Part shown: piece by piece, positions 44,839 through 47,256 of the stretch
Numbering within the stretch: the first letter of the stretch is position 1
How the letters are laid out: each line of letters opens with the position of its first letter
Source of the DNA: an uncultured Clostridia bacterium
GTDB taxonomy: Bacteria; Bacillota; Clostridia; Oscillospirales; Oscillospiraceae
Assembly (NCBI GenBank): GCA_937892865.1
Contig: CALBJG010000148.1
Location: forward strand, 1-47,256
Reading direction: 5' to 3'
DNA length: 47,256 nucleotides
Translations under genes and position numbers: made by a program
The notes under the pieces: generated by a model
Database searches by the model: none
Told to the model about the DNA's origin: nothing
What the model saw: only the letters and a program-made list of their open reading frames with translations

Positions 44839-45804
44839 TCAAATACGGGTCTGGGGAAAATACTCCTGGGCAAAATCTACCTTCTCCACCTGGAAGGTCT
44901 TGCCGTTGAGGTAGGAAAGGGCGCCGGCATCAGTGGTAAAGTTGAAGGTCAGCTTATAGGAATAGAGGGCCTGATAGGTACGGTCAAAGCGCTTGTCCAG
45001 CTTGCCGTATTTGCCGTCGCCAAGGAGCGGATGACCCGCGTAGGCAAACTGCGCCCGGATCTGATGGGTGCGACCTGTGATCAGCTCACACTCTACCAGA
45101 GAAAGACCGTTTTTGCTGCCCAGCGTGATATAGTTCGTCTGGCAGGACTTACTGCCCGGCTGTGGACTATCGCTGACAAAAACCCGGTTCTTTTTGGCAT
45201 CCTTAAAAAGATAGCCTTTTAAGCTGCCCTTGGGCGGCTTGGGTGTACCCTCCACAATGGCAAGATACCGCTTATCCAGCTCCCGGTCCTTGATCTTCTG
45301 ATTCATGACCCGAAGGGCCTCAGCTGTTTTTGCCGCAATCACAATGCCGCCGGTGTTGCGGTCGATCCGGTTGCAAAGCGCCGGTGTAAAGGCATTCTCC
45401 CCCCGGGGACTCCACTCCCGTTTCTGATAAAGGTAGGCTTGGATATGATCGATCAGCGTTCTGCCATACTCCGCACCGTCATGGGGATGGACCGCCAACC
45501 CGGGACGCTTATCCACCAGCAAAATATGCGCATCCTCATAAACGATGCTCAGCTTCGGTGTGGCTACCGTCAAATAAGCATTGTCCTCACGGGGCTTATC
45601 AAAGAATTCATCATTGATATAAAGCTGCAGCACATCTCCGGTTTCCAGCCGGGTATCCCGTTCTGCTCTTGCGCCGTTGCGCTTAATGCGCTTGATACGG
45701 ATATATTTTTGGGCCAGAGATGCCGGCAGCAGCGGTACAGCCTTTGCCAAAAAACGGTCGAGCCGCTGACCTGCATCATTTGGACCGATGGTAAATTCCT
45801 TCAT
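44839..45804 (-). CDS. RluA-family (RluC/D-like) pseudouridine synthase with S4 domain
   Basis: GQRLDRFL, DKRPGLAVH, NRIDRNTGG (catalytic Asp), TGRTHQIR, GHPLLGDGKYG. Confidence 0.95.
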   Translation of the reverse strand: MKEFTIGPNDAGQRLDRFLAKAVPLLPASLAQKYIRIKRIKRNGARAERDTRLETGDVLQLYINDEFFDKPREDNAYLTVATPKLSIVYEDAHILLVDKRPGLAVHPHDGAEYGRTLIDHIQAYLYQKREWSPRGENAFTPALCNRIDRNTGGIVIAAKTAEALRVMNQKIKDRELDKRYLAIVEGTPKPPKGSLKGYLFKDAKKNRVFVSDSPQPGSKSCQTNYITLGSKNGLSLVECELITGRTHQIRAQFAYAGHPLLGDGKYGKLDKRFDRTYQALYSYKLTFNFTTDAGALSYLNGKTFQVEKVDFAQEYFPQTRI

Positions 45805-45805
45805 T

Positions 45806-46750
45806 TTACAGGTTCTCCCTGGCCTCTACAAAATGATTGTTCATCTGCTCCGTAAATTCACGGGCAGGGTTGTAACCCATCTTTCTCTGCCTGTTGTTCA
45901 TTGCCGCTACCTCAAGGATCACCGCCAGATTTCTGCCGGGCGTGATCGGAATGGTATTCTTGGGGATCTGAACGCCCAAAAGCTCCATATACTGATCCTC
46001 CAGGCCCAGCCGGTCATACACCTTCTGCTGATCCCAAGGCACGATCTCAACCACCAAATTGATCTCATTTTCCGCCTTAACAGCGCCCATACCGAATAGC
46101 TTCGCCACATTGATAATGCCAATACCACGCAGCTCCACATAATTGCGGATCATTTCCGGCGCAGTACCGACCAAAGTACCTTCTGCGATCTTACGGATCT
46201 CAACTGCATCGTCAGCAATCAGCCGGTGTCCGCGCTTGAGCAGCTCGATGGCGGCCTCACTCTTACCGATACCGCTCTCGCCCATCAGAAGCAGTCCCTC
46301 GCCATATACCTCCATAAGGACACCATGGCGGGTAATCCCGGGGGCAAGTGCGCTCTTCAGATAGGTAATGATATCCGATATAACCGTGCTGGTAGCATCC
46401 TTGCTGCGCAGGATCGTAATATCATGCTTGCGGGCCATTTCCATGCACTGAGGCCCCGGTGCGATATTTCGGGAGATCAGAAGCGCAGGGATCTTAAAAG
46501 AAAACAGCCGGTCAAAAGTCATTGCCCTTTCATTCGCCGTCAGCTTCTGCAGGTAGCTGATCTCCACATTTCCCATGATCTGCAAGCGCATGGGTTCAAA
46601 ATGGTCATAGTATCCCGCAAGCTGCAGACCGGGACGGGCCACATCCTCAACCGTAATACGGATCTTCTCATAATCCGAAGATGCATAGGCCACATCCAGA
46701 CCCATATCCCGCACAAGTGTGGTCAGCTGCACACTGTGAATATCATACAT
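45806..46750 (-). CDS. hprK: HPr(Ser) kinase/phosphorylase
   Basis: RPGLQLAG, HGVL, GESGIGKSE, LIADD, ELRGIGII, PGRNLA; start probably ATG 46750 behind GAGGTG. Confidence 0.97.
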   Translation of the reverse strand: MYDIHSVQLTTLVRDMGLDVAYASSDYEKIRITVEDVARPGLQLAGYYDHFEPMRLQIMGNVEISYLQKLTANERAMTFDRLFSFKIPALLISRNIAPGPQCMEMARKHDITILRSKDATSTVISDIITYLKSALAPGITRHGVLMEVYGEGLLLMGESGIGKSEAAIELLKRGHRLIADDAVEIRKIAEGTLVGTAPEMIRNYVELRGIGIINVAKLFGMGAVKAENEINLVVEIVPWDQQKVYDRLGLEDQYMELLGVQIPKNTIPITPGRNLAVILEVAAMNNRQRKMGYNPAREFTEQMNNHFVEARENL

Positions 46751-46838
46751 ATCCATCACCTCATGGGGTCATTATACAATTATAAACACGGAATATCAAT
46801 ATGAATTTAAATTTCTAAAAAATTTTCCAAAAAAAGAC

Positions 46839-46867
46839 TTGCTTTTTTCAGAAAAGTTTGGTATCAT
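46839..46867 (+). promoter_or_regulatory. Putative sigma-A promoter of rpmB
   Basis: TTGCTT, 17 bp, TGn-extended TATCAT. Confidence 0.6.
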
Positions 46868-46928
46868 ATCAAAGCGCCTGTTTGGGGCGTAGTTTTTAAG
46901 TTATGATTTCGGATAGGAGGTGCAGTGA

Positions 46929-47117
46929 ATGGCGAAGTGTGATTACTGTGGCAAGGGCGTTGCTTTCGGTATCAAGGTCTCTCACTCCCACAGACGTTCC
47001 AACAGAACCTGGAAGCCCAATGTGAAGCGGGTAAAGGCCATTGTGAACGGTACTCCGTGCCATGTGTACGCTTGTACCAGATGCCTCCGTTCTAACAAGG
47101 TTGAGCGGGCTGTCTAA
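46929..47117 (+). CDS. rpmB: 50S ribosomal protein L28
   Basis: MAKCDYCGK...VSHSHRRSNRTWKPNV...CTRCLRS; AGGAGG RBS. Confidence 0.97.
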   Translation: MAKCDYCGKGVAFGIKVSHSHRRSNRTWKPNVKRVKAIVNGTPCHVYACTRCLRSNKVERAV

Positions 47118-47135
47118 TATTCCAAGCAACCAATT

Positions 47136-47169
47136 ACGGCATTGCGTATTGCAATGCCGTTTTTTGTTT
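47136..47169 (+). terminator. Terminator of rpmB
   Basis: ACGGCATTGC-gtatt-GCAATGCCGT followed by TTTTTGTTT. Confidence 0.85.
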
Positions 47170-47199
47170 GCCAAAATGAGCGAATCTCTCACAGCGGAC

Positions 47200-47233
47200 A
47201 AAAGACCTCCGGGTTTCCCCGGAGGCCTTTTTT
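47200..47233. terminator. Second terminator hairpin, probably for a convergent gene beyond the window edge
   Basis: AAAAGACCTCCGGG-tttc-CCCGGAGGCCTTTT; a minus-strand TAA lies near 47246. Confidence 0.65.
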
Positions 47234-47256
47234 ATGGGTTTCTAATTACTGAACGG

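Overview
Housekeeping-rich chromosomal segment of a spore-forming Clostridia-class bacterium (gene content and order suggest an Oscillospiraceae-like lineage; this is inference). Left to right: (1) a minus-strand dcw cluster, mraZ-rsmH-ftsL-PBP-murE-murF-mraY-ftsW-murG-ftsQ-ftsZ, with ftsZ cut by the window edge and no ftsA or murD; (2) a stand-alone ClpC-like ATPase preceded by a sigma-F-like promoter; (3) ferredoxin, an N6-adenine methyltransferase, rsmI and spmAB; (4) a ~9 kb accessory block of AraC regulator, GH2 glycosidase and a 2138-aa membrane-anchored protein with five tandem ~220-aa repeats, beta-propellers and a helical stalk; (5) rpsU and a smc-ftsY-rdgB-yhbY-nadD/yqeK-rsfS-leuS operon; (6) a ZIP transporter, a secreted GH24 lysozyme with five SH3b domains, and mnmA; (7) a BlaI / M56-sensor / membrane-protein operon with clear operators; (8) a 266-bp structured MITE-like element flanked by a duplicated 25-bp terminator; (9) an RluA-family synthase, hprK and rpmB. 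No rRNA, tRNA, CRISPR array or transposase was seen. Best candidates for new biology are the giant repeat protein with its AraC-GH2 locus, the terminator-targeting mini-element, a duplicated CU-rich 3' module behind rpsU, and a LeuRS with altered signature motifs. All calls come from reading motifs by eye; no searches were run.
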